Assembly: GCA_964016885.1 (NCBI GenBank)
Contig: OZ024745.1
Coordinates: 36,518,001-36,582,000, forward strand
From: Eledone cirrhosa
Lineage: Eukaryota
Direction: 5' to 3'
Length of the DNA: 64,000 nucleotides
Shown here: in pieces, positions 28,518-41,786 of the stretch
Layout of the letters: every line of letters begins with the position of its first letter
Numbering within the stretch: the stretch's first letter is position 1
Translations under genes and position numbers: made by a program
The notes under the pieces: model-generated
The model's database searches: none
Told to the model about the DNA's origin: nothing
The model's input: the letters and a program-made list of their open reading frames with translations, nothing else

Positions 28518-29151
28518 TATATGCATATATTTATATATATACATACATATACATATGCATCTATATATATATACACATGCATACATATATATTTATATAT
28601 ATATATATATAACAAACGCATACATACACACACATAAATATATATGCTTTTAAATAAATGTACAGATATATTGGATGTATGAATGGATATATAGATTTAA
28701 TTATATATATGTATAATTTTATATAGAAACATACATATGTATGGATAGGTATGTGAGTGTGTTTGCGTATGCATATGTATGTACATATATATTAGAAAAG
28801 AAAGAAGGAAGGAAGGAAAGAAATAATATGTGTATGCCAATGTCCATATACTTGAGACCATGAATATATATGAATACATACAAATAGCTGTGTATCATGT
28901 TTAAGGCAAATTATATAATTTAATACGTATGTAAAAATATATACGTTTCTATATGCAAGCGTGGCTAGTTCAATACGCTAATGCCTACATGATTAGATGT
29001 ATGTATCATCTTATAGGTATAAACAAGTAACTCACGCATTCTATAAAGGAATATGTATAAGCACATATACGTATGTTTCTCATAATATCTCTCTATGAAC
29101 ATATTCATTCGGTCACAATTTGAGAATTTCATACTTTCTTCGCCCAATGGC

Positions 29152-29192
<41 letters not shown>

Positions 29193-29201
29193 ATGTATAT
29201 A

Positions 29202-29339
<138 letters not shown>

Positions 29340-30034
29340 TCAAACCATTTATTAGCTTACAATTGTTTCATCCAAACCGAGGTTTGGGGTCTTCGCAGCT
29401 TATTTCAATGTTTGTTTACATACATGACCTCCTTTCCAACACAAGAGACATACAGATACATATATATATATTGATGCACAGTGGGGTGACATTCATTATA
29501 TTATTTCTGAATGGCAATTTAAATTCAAAAATCAAAATCATATTAAAACAGAATTAAAGCAAAATTAAAATTAAAATACAACATCGGCAGTTAACGTAGA
29601 TAATGCAAGAGGATAGTTTGATAGTCAGTTGTAGTAGTTATTGCATGCAATAGTTACACGTGGGGCATGCACGTGTGTCTTATTTATATATGATAATTGT
29701 GCGGCAAGGTGTTATATGCAATACAAGCACTTTAAGCGGGTAATCAAGAGTATTGTGGATGTTGCAGTGGTAAGGTATTTTTTTTTGTGTATGATAAAGA
29801 AGCTTGTGTGCAGAGAAATACTATAAATGAGAAGCAAAATAATGTTATGGTTTTTGTATACACCACCATTTTCACAATTCAGGAAACGTAATATATAGTT
29901 TTTATGTCCTTCACATAATTAACGATGATTCAGTATTGGATGTTTGATGTATTAAGTTAAATTATTACAGCTTGTTGCGGCTCAGTGTTCTTTAATCCAA
30001 TTTTATAGAGCAGGTTGTTTCTGTTGCGAGAATT

Positions 30035-30101
<67 letters not shown>

Positions 30102-30129
30102 CGTGCATGCGTTATAGAATCTTCAGTTG

Positions 30130-30410
30130 ATCAATTGCCTCGGTTGAAACAAGCAACATTTTGGCTGCTTACTAAAACGTATAGACACAAAAAAAAGATA
30201 ACACACACACACACATACACACAAACACATACACACAAACACACAACAGCTTTGGAGCAAGCAGAATTTTGACTTCTTACTAAATTACTAAATCGTAGAC
30301 ATAAAAAATAACACACACAAACACACGACAGCTTTGGGGCAAGCAGAATTTTGACTACTTACTAAATCGTAGACACATAAAAAGATAACACACACACACA
30401 CTAGATAACA
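30130..30410. repeat. Imperfect tandem repeat (~80-110-bp units, 3 copies)
   Basis: Recurring aagca(g/a)(a/c)atttt(g)...ttactaaa...cgta(ta)gaca...ataacacac. Confidence 0.7.
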
Positions 30411-30520
30411 CTACATGCGGCTTTGACCAGGAGGGTCATTTAGAGGGAATTTTTTTTGGGGGGGTAAGTCTGTACAGCCCCACTTTCCGCAATGGCGATT
30501 GAACTGCATGCCATGCGCCA

Positions 30521-30631
<111 letters not shown>

Positions 30632-30649
30632 GAGGGGTTAAGCTTAGGC

Positions 30650-32400
30650 GTAGGTATTCCGAGCCTTGCAGTACATAAAGCAGCAAGCTTCGACCAACAC
30701 AATCGGTTTCCCGGGTTTCTCCTAGAACAGCTAAATTAATTTATGTGTCTGTTTTCTCCCCAGGATGTTTTGCTAGAATTTGTTCCGACATAACAGTTGG
30801 GGATTTCATAAAGCATCTAAAAGATGTTAAGGTGTTGTTAGGGAATAACATACGCTTAATCGATCTACCATAGAGATTTCCGATGGATGCTGCCAAAAAC
30901 CTTTTTAAAGTTCATGATGCTAACTGACAGGATCTACTTAAACTCTATATCATCATAAGCGATCTGAATGGAGCACTGATTTTTTTCCTTCTTTTCCCGG
31001 TACGGAAAGCAAACTAATTCCTCTTTAATGGTTGCAGTGTCCTGGGCTTTCCTTCCATTTCTCGTTTTTTTTTATGTTTTGTTTTTTTTGTTTTGATTTT
31101 TGTTTTTTTAGGTTTCATAATGACTGCTCTCCTCCAATCGGCCAAGTCTTGCTACCATTTCGAACATTTGTTGGGCAGATTTTTCAACGATGCTTTCATT
31201 TCGGCTCCACAACACTCATCTCATATTTGAACTCATCCAGCAGCTTTGTTTTGATTAGGTTCATACTTGGTGTGGGGAGGGGTCAGCTGGTGGGTCTCAG
31301 TTAAAGCCAAACGTTAAAAGTAAATCTGGCTAGCACAAGATCTCATATAAATTCTTAAGACATCTTCAATTTCTGTATTTACGATAACAGGATTTTTTGA
31401 CTACTGCCTTTAAGTGGTAGCCAGCTGCTGCATTTGGAACCATTGACCCCCCCCCCCCCTCTCTCTCTCTCTGTATGACAAAGCGTGGTTTGTGTCATTT
31501 CTGCTACTTGCATATTCGGAAACTTGAACCATTTTAGTCATTCTTTTTGCCTGTATTGCATTCGATTGCAATTTGCTGCTCCCTCCTATGCTATTTTGAT
31601 CTGTTCTATTCTTCTATTTGCAACCTAACGTTGACCAGTTAGATTCCATGATCTTTCCCTTACGCACGATTAGCTTAAGGATCCTCATATGCGTCCAATA
31701 TTACACTCTCAACGTTTCGATACTTCTCCTCTTTTTACATAGCTGAAAGTTCTTCAACGCTACGGAGGTGTTAAAGGGGCAGAAATATATTCTTTAGTTT
31801 CAAATTGTATATTTCCACTCTTGTAATATCTCTCATAGCAAATAACCGAATGGTAATAACCTTCACCTTCCTCTTCAGTCAACGTGTCAATGCTGCTTTC
31901 ACAATATAATGATCTGATTCAACGTCAGCATCTCGGCAAGTTCCTGTGTCCTGTAATAAAGTATTGCAATGAGCATTGGTGAGGAAATTCATTTTCGGCT
32001 TTATTCTTCTTATCATGTGTTCGCCATGCTTTCTGCAGAAACAATTCATGTTGCAGAACAGTATCAGATTTTCCTCATTTTCTCTGGTTGCCTTACTCCT
32101 CTCCTTCTGCCCGGTTCATTAAAGTCTCCAATAAGTAGCTTGGTAACACGAACTGGAACTTCGCTGAATGTATTCTGCAGATACTGCTAAAACCGTCTTT
32201 CTCACCAACATCTGCATCAGTTGGTACGTAGACTTGAATGACAGTAGACTTTGCATGCCACGAAAGAAAACGGGCTGTGTTGTTGCATCCAGATTGGCTT
32301 CCAGCCTGTGACTGTATTGGAAGCTTCTTTACTAAGCAGGCTGTTAACTCGCCCGGGAGCTGATCTTCATCAGCGGAATATTTGTTTTCTGAGGAGAACG
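30650..32400 (-). mobile_element. Decayed RTE-clade LINE (AP endonuclease plus start of RT)
   Basis: Minus-strand frameshifted peptides GWKPI, TARFLSWHAKSTVIQVYVPTDADVGEKDGF, KLLIGDFN, RDADVESDHYIVKA, RGISLLSVPGK and SIHRKSLW match RTE APE/RT motifs. Confidence 0.85.
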
Positions 32401-32688
32401 TGCTTGTATATATATATATGTGTGTGTGTGAGCGTGTGTGTGTGAGAGAGAGAGAGAAAGAGAGAGAGTGAGAGAGAAGTTGTGCCCATTATATTTGATA
32501 AGCTTTGTTCCATGATACCTACACACACACATGTATATATATATATATATATATATATTGCTTCCCTTGTTGGAAATAACACATGACAACGAAATGTTTG
32601 AAGGCAGCTTTCTGTAGCGGTACCATTTAGTTTGTTTCACACCAGTTTGAGGTAGAACGGAATCCCTGTTGATGAAATGAATCCTCTG

Positions 32689-32724
<36 letters not shown>

Positions 32725-33043
32725 AGTGTAATTTTCTACACAAAACGAAGGTTATAGAGAAAATTGAGGTTGGTAATGGCACATGGAATATATAAGAGAC
32801 AGAATATCTTAATACTACATAACATTTTTTTTTGTACTACACAACAGATTTACTTCTGCTTAGATTTGTCACTTAATTACTTATCTGATCCACTGTCAAA
32901 GCATGCATCAATGTAACTTTGTATATGTATATTACACAAGTTGCTTCACAATTTTCATATTATATTCTACCCATGCATTCCTGACTGCTTAATATCCTAT
33001 TCTGTCTCTTATATATTCCATGTGCCATTACCAACCTCAATTT

Positions 33044-33079
<36 letters not shown>

Positions 33080-33742
33080 CATTCGGTATACAAGGATGCA
33101 ATTCTCTTCCACCACTCAACGTCATGTTACTTTCAATATATACATATCTTCATTAGCGAGGTATAACTGTCATACTCCTCGTTAAAGAATACTTTCAAGA
33201 CTGTATATTAGTGGGAGAAGGAAAATACCAGTAGCTTTGCCACAGCTAAAATGCTACCTATCATAGGTCTACTGGTTCAAGGCTGATTTGGTATAAATAA
33301 ATAACAACAATAGAAACATATAGTTTCACTATTATGAATATTAATTATATATGAATAGTGTATATCATTATAACGAATACATGCTTTCGACAATGTATTG
33401 ATTGAGTTGAAGAGTGAAAATAGTTGAGAAGGTCCTGAAAAGCACGGGTTCTCTTAAAAACACGGGATCTCTTTGATTGTTTAGTCTTCAAACTAGCTCT
33501 CAGCCATCAGCCTTTTAGCAGAAAATTACATTAACCTATAAAAAGGAAATACATTCGTGCCTTTCCACGAAGAATGCCAAAAGAAGCAATTGCTCTCAAA
33601 CATTAATATGTGTTTCTGCTTCACTGAGTCGACAACATCAAAGGACTGTTTTTTCAATGGTGGCACAACCAAAGTAAAGCAAAGTTTATGAGATCGTGTG
33701 TACCTATGTGTGTATATCTGTGTATATTTATGCATATGTATC

Positions 33743-33818
<76 letters not shown>

Positions 33819-34146
33819 TACATATATATACACACACATATATATATACATATATAGGCATGTACACATATATATACATATATATATATACAAACACATG
33901 TATATATATATATATACATATATGTATGTGTTTATGTGTGTGTGTGAGTGAGTCTTTATACATGTGTTTTTTAATCTCAATGTAGGCGTATATGTATTTG
34001 CACATGTGTACATGTGAAAATGTATATGCGTGACTGGCTGTAAGTGAATGAGACTTTACCTACAGATATCTGAGTGTGCGTTTCGTGTGAATACGTCTTT
34101 CGCATATGTGTGTAGGAAAATGTGTCGATGTGCGAATTCGTGTGCG

Positions 34147-34228
<82 letters not shown>

Positions 34229-34639
34229 GCGTATGTATATATATATATGTGTGTGTGTGTGTGTATGTGTGTGTGTGTGTGGTGTGTGTATGTACCTATG
34301 TGCATTAGTGCGTAGGTTTCTGTATAGCTCTTAGATTGCATAAATGAGTTTATATGACTATTTTGTTTTTCCTTAAGTAATTTATTGTAATTTCTTTCTT
34401 TTTTTTTTCGCTATTTCTTTCTGCCAAAGTCTCGTTCTTATTCATAAGGTTTGCTAAACTCTACTGATTCTTATACTAAAAACAAGACTGGCTCCTCCTT
34501 AGAAGACGAAATTATCAAAGATAAATTTAATACTTGAAATGATGCTGGCCAAAAAAATATGATGGTATAACTCTTGAAACATGGTAGGCCGGGAAAAAAC
34601 GGTAACAGAAAGAACTAAGAGGGCATATGATTTATATAT

Positions 34640-34690
<51 letters not shown>

Positions 34691-34753
34691 GTGGTGTCCT
34701 TACATATCACTATATATATATATATATATATTTATTAAAATAACACAGATTAA

Positions 34754-34804
34754 AGTTTAAGCAAAGAATCGCTGCTTTCACCCTTAACGGGACCTTCTGA
34801 AACT
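34754..34804 (-). ncRNA. Hammerhead-like motif, copy 2 of the 4757 repeat
   Basis: agttt-CAGAAGG-t-ccc gttaa ggg-t-GAAA-gca...tgct-t-aaact. The repeat including its AT tail spans ~34730-34806. Confidence 0.45.
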
Positions 34805-34927
34805 AAAAAAGTAAATCTGTGAACGCAGAAGTAAATGTTTCAAAAACCGTCGGAACCGAAGGAAGACAGGAAGACGATACTTTGGTTCGTGGAAACGTTC
34901 CCTGGCAAAGAACGGAAAAAAACGAAG

Positions 34928-35070
34928 ATAATTGTTTCTACTTTAAGCACAAGGCCAGCAATTATCCAGTGCATTACTGGTACTTTATTTTATCGATCCC
35001 ATAAGGATGAAAGGCAAAGTCAACCTCGGCGGGATTTGAACTCAGATCGTAAAGGGACGTAACTATGCTG
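34928..35070 (-). mobile_element. SINE (family A), 5'-truncated
   Basis: Reverse complement of the family A 3' 140 bp, with a possible ataat TSD. Confidence 0.88.
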
Positions 35071-35324
35071 TATATAATACGTAATTATTTGGTGCAGTGA
35101 AAACAATTAAACGCGAAGACAAAACCACGTTTATGGTATAAATGATGTCGTATTAGGTGGTTCATGGAGACGTTCTCTGGCAATGAACGGAAAAAAACGA
35201 AGATAATACGTCATTATGTGGGGCAATGAGAACAATATTTGCTCTACGGTTCTTATATATCTGATATATATTTATCCTTAGCGAGCCCTCTTTTGATTTT
35301 AGTCTTCAAATTTATTATTATTAC

Positions 35325-35477
<153 letters not shown>

Positions 35478-36832
35478 TAGTAGCACTAAGACAACGTTTA
35501 ATTATAAAAGACGTGTATAGGAAAACATATAGAAACACATTTTATAAGTTTATATACAATAAACTCATGTGTAACACCTCCATTGAAGAAAAGTGTATAT
35601 TTTCTCTATTTTACTCTGTGAATATATTACAGAGTTGCTATTACGTTTTGAGAATGTCAGACAGCGGTGTTTCAAGATTGTTTTAATATTTCATTAGTGA
35701 TACTTACTCAACCCCTACTGGCTTGGAAATAGGGTCAAGTCTATATAGAATTTCGCGTGATTTCCATTTTGCTGTATATGCTCATTTGTTTATAGCAACT
35801 ATAAATCATCGCCTGGAAATGATCATGTGTTTATAGTGCGAACGCGGCCGGTTATATTTATTTACTAGTAGCACAAAGATTCCGTTTATGCATAAGATAG
35901 GTGTATATGAAAATATATATAGAGACATATATCATACGTTTATATGCAATGAATATAGAAAGCCTCACTAACGAAATTTTTTTTTTTTCTCTATTTTCCT
36001 CTGCGAATATATCACAGATGTGCCAATGCAAACACTTAATTTGATAATTCTTTGATTACAATGTTCTGTGCAAAGGAGTTTGTATCCTCGATAATCCCTG
36101 GTCTTCTCTCTCTTGTCATTCCGGCCATTACCATGTTTAATTTTTCATCCATTTAAATCAATTATAATTTTCTTCCATATGTTCTTTAATCATTATTAAA
36201 TTACGAGAATTTTGTCTTATCACTCATATCCTTGTTTTATTTTCTATTTCCATCAGGGCAATCTCTTCTCAGTTAACATCTTTTAACATCCATGGCTTAT
36301 TTCAAAATATTTTGTCCTAGCGCCATACCTCTCCAAGTCAATCCATGATAATCTCTATATCGTTTCTCGACGTGCTAGAAATATTAGCCATACTGTTTTA
36401 TATTTAAAGGGAAAGATTACACAATCCCCAAATTTTAAAACATATGGTAGAGGTCACGTTCAGCACGCTTGGTCAGGACTGACCTCCGACTTAACCTCTA
36501 CAACTTGCCTCTTTAATTTCCATTTTCAAAAATTTATAAAATCAGGAGTCACTAACACCGCTTTCAATGACCATCCAACGCTTGCAAGAAACTTTGCAAT
36601 TCGAATAAACTATGTGTTGTATAAGATTACATGTACCTATGCGGTTTGCGCCGTAAGAGAATCAGTGTGTTGGTTTTGTTTGTTCACTGCTTTTTTAAAG
36701 TCACTTTAAGAAAATGTTAGTATTGCATATTGGACAACGTTTTATCAATGAATAATAAATAGCGCTTAATGAATTTAGTTAGGAGTGGGATTTTTTCAAC
36801 TTATCAATGTTTAATATTTATCGGAAATAAAA

Positions 36833-37005
36833 TAATGATTTCTAGTATAGGCACAAGGCCAGTAATTTGGGGGAGAGGAGAGTCGATTAAATCGACCCCA
36901 GTGCGTGAATAGTACTTTATTTTATAGAACACGAAAGGATGAAAGTTCCGTAGCTCTGTGCTGCAAAGTATGGTGTCCGACTCTCTACCGTTACTGCCAA
37001 TCCCC
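36833..37005 (-). mobile_element. SINE related to family A (variant 3' end, internally deleted)
   Basis: ggattggcagtaacggtagagagtcggacacc head, catcctttcgtg...aaaataaagtac core, variant ggggtcgatttaatcgactc segment, gccttgtgccta tail. Confidence 0.75.
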
Positions 37006-37087
37006 CCCCCCCTCATGAATAAATCAAATAATAACAATGTTTTTGCGAAAAATATAACAAGAAAGCTTTTCTTTTGCTATCAAAATA

Positions 37088-37137
<50 letters not shown>

Positions 37138-37390
37138 TTTCTTTATTAACCACAAGGGTTTACATAAAGTAGACATTAAGGACAGTGCAGGACAATACAG
37201 GACGGTACAAATGGGCATTTCTGCGTGTAAAAAACAAAAAAAAAACAGAGGGTGTAACAAAAAATAACAATGAAAAATTCCCCAATAGGGGGGAGACTTC
37301 GGAGGGACATTTGTGGAGAAAGCCCAGTAAAAAGCCACAATGACCCTGACCACCAAGGCAAGTGCCCTCTCCCAGTTTTCCACCTTTAAT

Positions 37391-39637
37391 TTACAGATAT
37401 ATACTCAGAGTAGGCCCATTCACTCGGGCCATTCTTGCTTCTCTCACCCATCTTTCAACAAAATGCTGGGAAGAGAGCAATTCCCTCTCTACTCTGATTT
37501 TCCTTTTCAAATGAAATTTGAAAAAGTCAATCAGAGCATCACCGAAGAGGTAAGTGCTCGTCTTCAGCCCTTTCAAACGTGTCCACCATACTATCTCTTT
37601 CGCCATGGCCACCAGACAGATAAAAACTGCCTACCCTTCCCGGCTAAAGGAGGAGGGCGGGGCAATCCTCACGATGGACGCAGATGATAGCGGGATCCGT
37701 TCTAAACGCGACAGCAGGTTTTCGACATAAACCCACAAGTCAGCAATTTTCGGACACTGGACGAGTGCGTGCAGGACGGTTTCGTCGCCCTGCGCGCATC
37801 TCGGACATGCCTGGCTGACGGCACCTCCATGCCTGTAGAGTTTATCCCGAACTGGTAAGGCTCCTCGGTAGCACTGCCAGGCCAGAGATTTCTGGAAGTT
37901 GTCCATAGGCCCTGGCCCGAAAGTTCTTCCGAAGAGATTGGCTAGTTGATTTTCGTCGACGCCTAGAGTTTCCCCAAGTATGTCGTCGCTCTTCCCCTCC
38001 ACTAATCCTCTATAGAACGCCGAGGTGGAGTTTCCACCGATCACATTGCCCGATTGGTCGAGGGCTGTGAGCGCCTGAAGACATTCCAGTCTCCAGGCGC
38101 ACCCTCTCGGTCTTCGCTTGACCCAGGACTGCAGCTCCGTCAAGGAAACGAGCTGGGGAAATACGTGTCTAGCAAACGGCGACCACACCTGATCACCGTC
38201 GAGGAAGAGGTGGAGATGTTGTAGCCTGAGCGCGTGCCTGCGCATCATCAGCCACGGCATGCCCAGCCCTCCACGTAGCGGGTGTTGACAACAGATGGAC
38301 CGCCTGACCATCGGAGCGCGTCCCTTCCACAAAAAGCGAAAGAGCAAACGCTCCAGCGCAGTCAGGCGAGGCTTAGGACAAGGTGCGACGGTCAGGCGGT
38401 AGCAGATGACAGACGCGATGTACGCGTTAGCCACCTCCGCTCGACCTTTTAGGGACAGCTTCCTCTACGCCCATTTCTGGGTGAGAGAAGCCACCCTGCT
38501 CGTCACCTCGTTCCAGTTTTTGTCCGTCTGGAGGTCCGGACCGAACCAGACCCCTAGCAATTTAACCGGTCCGTCCGTCCAGCGTCCGACGACGCTGTTG
38601 GACGGCATGGCTCTGCCTCTCCAGGTGCCGAGCTGCAGGCCCACTGACTTTTGCTGGTTGATCATTGCTCGTATTCATCGTAGTGTACTGCCGATTGCCT
38701 CGATGTGTTTGGCGTTCGACACCACTACGGTGACATCGTCCGCATATGCTGACACGGATCTTCCGCATCCTAGTTCGCCCGGGACGCCCCTCAACGTCTC
38801 CAGTTTGTGCAGTAATGGCTCGAAAGTCAATACGTACGAGAGGGACGAGAGGGGACATCCTTGGCGGACCGAACGCATGATGTTGAACGGTTCCGACAGG
38901 TGACCGTTCACTCTCACCACAGAGCAGATGTCGCTGTGCATGGCAGCGATCCAGCCTCTGAAGACGGGCCCAAAGCCAGCCGCCCTCAGGACTGCCGCTA
39001 GGTAACGATGGTCGACCCTATCGAAAGCTTTCGACTGATCTAAATTGATCAAGGACGCACCCGTGCCAGGTTCCTTAGCTACCCTCTCTCCCACCAGTCC
39101 ACCAACGACAAGCGCCAACCTCTTTGCTAGCACCTTGGCCAAAATCTTGAACTCTGTGTTTAGCAGAGTTATGGGCCGGAAATTATCTATGTTATCCCCC
39201 TTGTTCGGATCCTTTCTCAGCAGTGCCACCGCTCCTCGGCTCACAGAACTGGGAATTCTCCCGTTCTGTTGCCAGTTGCAGTAGATGTCCGCCAAGAGGC
39301 CTCCGAACAAGTCTGGCATCTGTACGTAAAGTTCATAGGGCAGACCATCCAAACCAGGCGATTTACCCCTTGTGCAGCCAGTCATTGCCTCCCTTACTTC
39401 AGCGGCTGTTATCGGCTTTTCGCAACACTCCGCCTCAGTGGCCGAGAGCCGCGGCAGTCCGTCGAGGTAGACACTACAGTCCATCCCTCGACCCGGCCCA
39501 CCGCTGCCCCCGAACAGCTGAGCGAAGTGTCGCTGAAAAGCTTCACACATTTTCCCGGGATCGAGTAGCATGCGCCCGTCGTGGTCCACCAAAGACCGGA
39601 TCGTGGCTTTGTTGCAACGACGCGCCTCCGCCACTCG
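37391..39637 (-). pseudogene. ORF2 (reverse transcriptase plus C-terminal zinc finger), broken
   Basis: KSPGLDGLPYE, FRPITLLNTEFKILAK, DQSKAFDRV, VRQGCPLS, AYADD and CPRCAQGDETVLHALVQC spread over ORFs 38675-39634, 38465-38665, 37631-38434 and 37391-37612. Contains stops, a frameshift and a 23-aa deletion. Confidence 0.93.
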
Positions 39638-41312
39638 ATGTTGGTGCTTGTGGTGGTGGTGTTGAAGGTGTTGTTGGCGGTGGGGTTGTCGCCGGTGGTG
39701 ATGGTGGTGCTAGTGTGGGTGGTGATGGTGTTGGTGGTGTTGCTGCTGTGGGTCTCTTTGCAGTAGACTTTACCCTTTTCTCATTTCTTTCCTCCCTTTT
39801 CAAAGGCGACGATGCGCTGCTTCTGCGTTTGTGCCTTCTTACGACCTTTTGCCATCTCTCTCCCACCTCACACTCCATGTCTGATTCTGTGAGGTCGGGG
39901 AGGGGTACCAGCTCCACTCTTTCACTTGTTGTTGTTGGTGATGTTTGCACTGGAGTCTCTGTTGCAGCTGCATTTGGTATTGCTGTTGTTGTTGTTAATA
40001 TTTCCACTGCTGCTGCTGTTTTTGATTTCCGTGGCGTGGGTATGGGTGCCACGGACCTATCGTTCCTGGTTGCCGCTTGTCCTGTTGCTGGTAGCCGTGG
40101 AGCCGGATTCGGAAGGAGGGGGGTTTTCTCCTTTCTCAGGGTCTTCTCGTTGAAGAAGGCCCTGAGGTGAGTCTTCGATCCACAGCGGAAGCATTTCGGG
40201 CGTTTTCCCTCAACACTTATGGGCAGTTGAGTGCCGTTATCGAAGTCTATCACATCCGGGATAGCTTCGATGCACTCCTGGTTGGTTTGGATTAGCTTCT
40301 CAATGGAGGTGCCGACCCAATCTTCTCTTACTTTTTTCTGTACTTGCAGTACAGTTGTTTTGTCCTCGATTCCAACGAGGACAGACGTGGCTAGCCAAGA
40401 AGGGGCCATTCCGGGGGGGACGTGGGTCAGTTTGACCCTCACAATTTTTTGCCCGCAGTAGGAGGGCACCAACACCATTTCCTCGCTCCTTAGGGTCACT
40501 ACGGATTGGGCCTTTGCCTCCTGGGGTGTGGCAAAAAGTACGTCTACGGTGGCATATTTTTTGCCTCGGGTGATGTGCGTTTTCCGCTGCCACACAGACC
40601 CCAAGGCTTTTTGTATTTGAGCCTCTGTGGCTCTTTCCACCCTACGGGATTTTGTACTTACTGTACGGTACGTGACCGTACAGTGCTGTAGGGTTTCGAA
40701 ACATGTTTCCGCTGCCTTGCAGATTGCTCGGTGTCCAGTCTTTGTCACCATCTTCTTCGCTTCCTCTAATTCCTCATTTGTTATGAGGATTGTTTCCAAG
40801 TTTTTCGCAATACCTGCAAATGAGATTGGTTTTTCTTTGCTGCTGTTGTTGTTGTCGTCAGAGCTGCTGTTACTTTTGTTGTTGCTGCAGGTACTACGAC
40901 TACTGCCTCCGCCGCTGTTACTGTGGTTGTTGTTGGTGTTGCTGCTGCTAATGCTGTTGTTGTTTATGCTGCTGGTGATGCTGTTGCGGCTGCTACTGTT
41001 GTTTTCATTGTCACTGTTGCTGTTGTTATTACGGCTGCTACTGCTATTATTCCTGACGTCAGACGAATGAACTGGGTTTTCGTATTTCCCGCACACCTGT
41101 TTCGTCGCTGTCGTCGTCGTCGGAGAGAAACCTTGCACGCTTTGCCCGAGACTCTTCTTTTCTTTCGTCGCTTGCAAAAGAGAAGGGAGGGAGAGAGACA
41201 CATTTAAAGAAGGGAGGGAGAGAGACAATCTTCTCTCTGCTGTAGTGATGATTGAGGAAGAAGAAGACGGAATGAGTGGGAGTGACCTATGAAATTTCTT
41301 TTTCGGAGCCAT
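39543..41312 (-). CDS. ORF1 (gag-like nucleic-acid-binding protein), 589 aa, C-terminus truncated and fused out of frame to ORF2 sequence
   Basis: Low-complexity S/N N-terminus, ISFAGIAK, RRM-like middle, CCHC-like knuckle CFRCGSKTHLRAFF (last C lost), WQKVVRR motif, P/T-rich tail. Confidence 0.8.
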   Translation of the reverse strand: MAPKKKFHRSLPLIPSSSSSIITTAERRLSLSLPSLNVSLSLPSLLQATKEKKSLGQSVQGFSPTTTTATKQVCGKYENPVHSSDVRNNSSSSRNNNSNSDNENNSSSRNSITSSINNNSISSSNTNNNHSNSGGGSSRSTCSNNKSNSSSDDNNNSSKEKPISFAGIAKNLETILITNEELEEAKKMVTKTGHRAICKAAETCFETLQHCTVTYRTVSTKSRRVERATEAQIQKALGSVWQRKTHITRGKKYATVDVLFATPQEAKAQSVVTLRSEEMVLVPSYCGQKIVRVKLTHVPPGMAPSWLATSVLVGIEDKTTVLQVQKKVREDWVGTSIEKLIQTNQECIEAIPDVIDFDNGTQLPISVEGKRPKCFRCGSKTHLRAFFNEKTLRKEKTPLLPNPAPRLPATGQAATRNDRSVAPIPTPRKSKTAAAVEILTTTTAIPNAAATETPVQTSPTTTSERVELVPLPDLTESDMECEVGERWQKVVRRHKRRSSASSPLKREERNEKRVKSTAKRPTAATPPTPSPPTLAPPSPPATTPPPTTPSTPPPQAPTSSGGGASLQQSHDPVFGGPRRAHATRSRENV

Positions 41313-41786
41313 GTTGTTTTTTTTTTGTTTAAAATAAATATTGGGTACAAAACAAGCAGTTATTTAACCCCGAAGGGCCAAATAACGGGCAGAAAGACCC
41401 CTCTCACGAGGAGGAGGGTGTTTTTGTCTACAAGTTCGTTAAAGTTTTAAACAATTTACAATTGTTATAGTGTTCAAAATTTACAATACCTTACAGAGCC
41501 GAGCCTCCGTCAACCATAGCATTCAATAATAATAATAATAATGTTTTCTTTATTAACCACAAGGGTTTACATAAAGTAGTCATTAAGGGCAGTACAGGAC
41601 AATACAGGACGGTACAAATGGATTTTTCTGCGTGTAAACAAAACAGAGGATGTAATAAAATAATAAAGAAAAATTTCCCATTAGGGGGGAGACTTCCGAG
41701 GGACATTTGTGGAGAAAGCCCATTAAAAGGCCACAGTGACTCTGACCACCAGGGCAAGTGCCCTCTCCCAGTTTTCCACCTTTAAT

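Larger units (their letters stand above)
37088..41524 (-). mobile_element. Tx1/L1-clade non-LTR retrotransposon copy 1 (5'UTR plus ORF1 fused to ORF2 3' part; endonuclease region missing)
   Basis: (TTA)16 tail at 37088-37135, 3'UTR, RT/zf-RVT fragments to 39637, abrupt junction into ORF1 (39638-41312), then a 212-nt leader up to the tail of copy 2. Confidence 0.92.

Noticed and set aside
41470-41524. Spliced-leader RNA gene as Tx1 target (AAG|GTA followed by Sm-like AATTTTGA on the minus strand)
   Set aside because: The second junction lacks the Sm-like motif and the two sequences are too different for a conserved snRNA target. An element 5'UTR explains them better.
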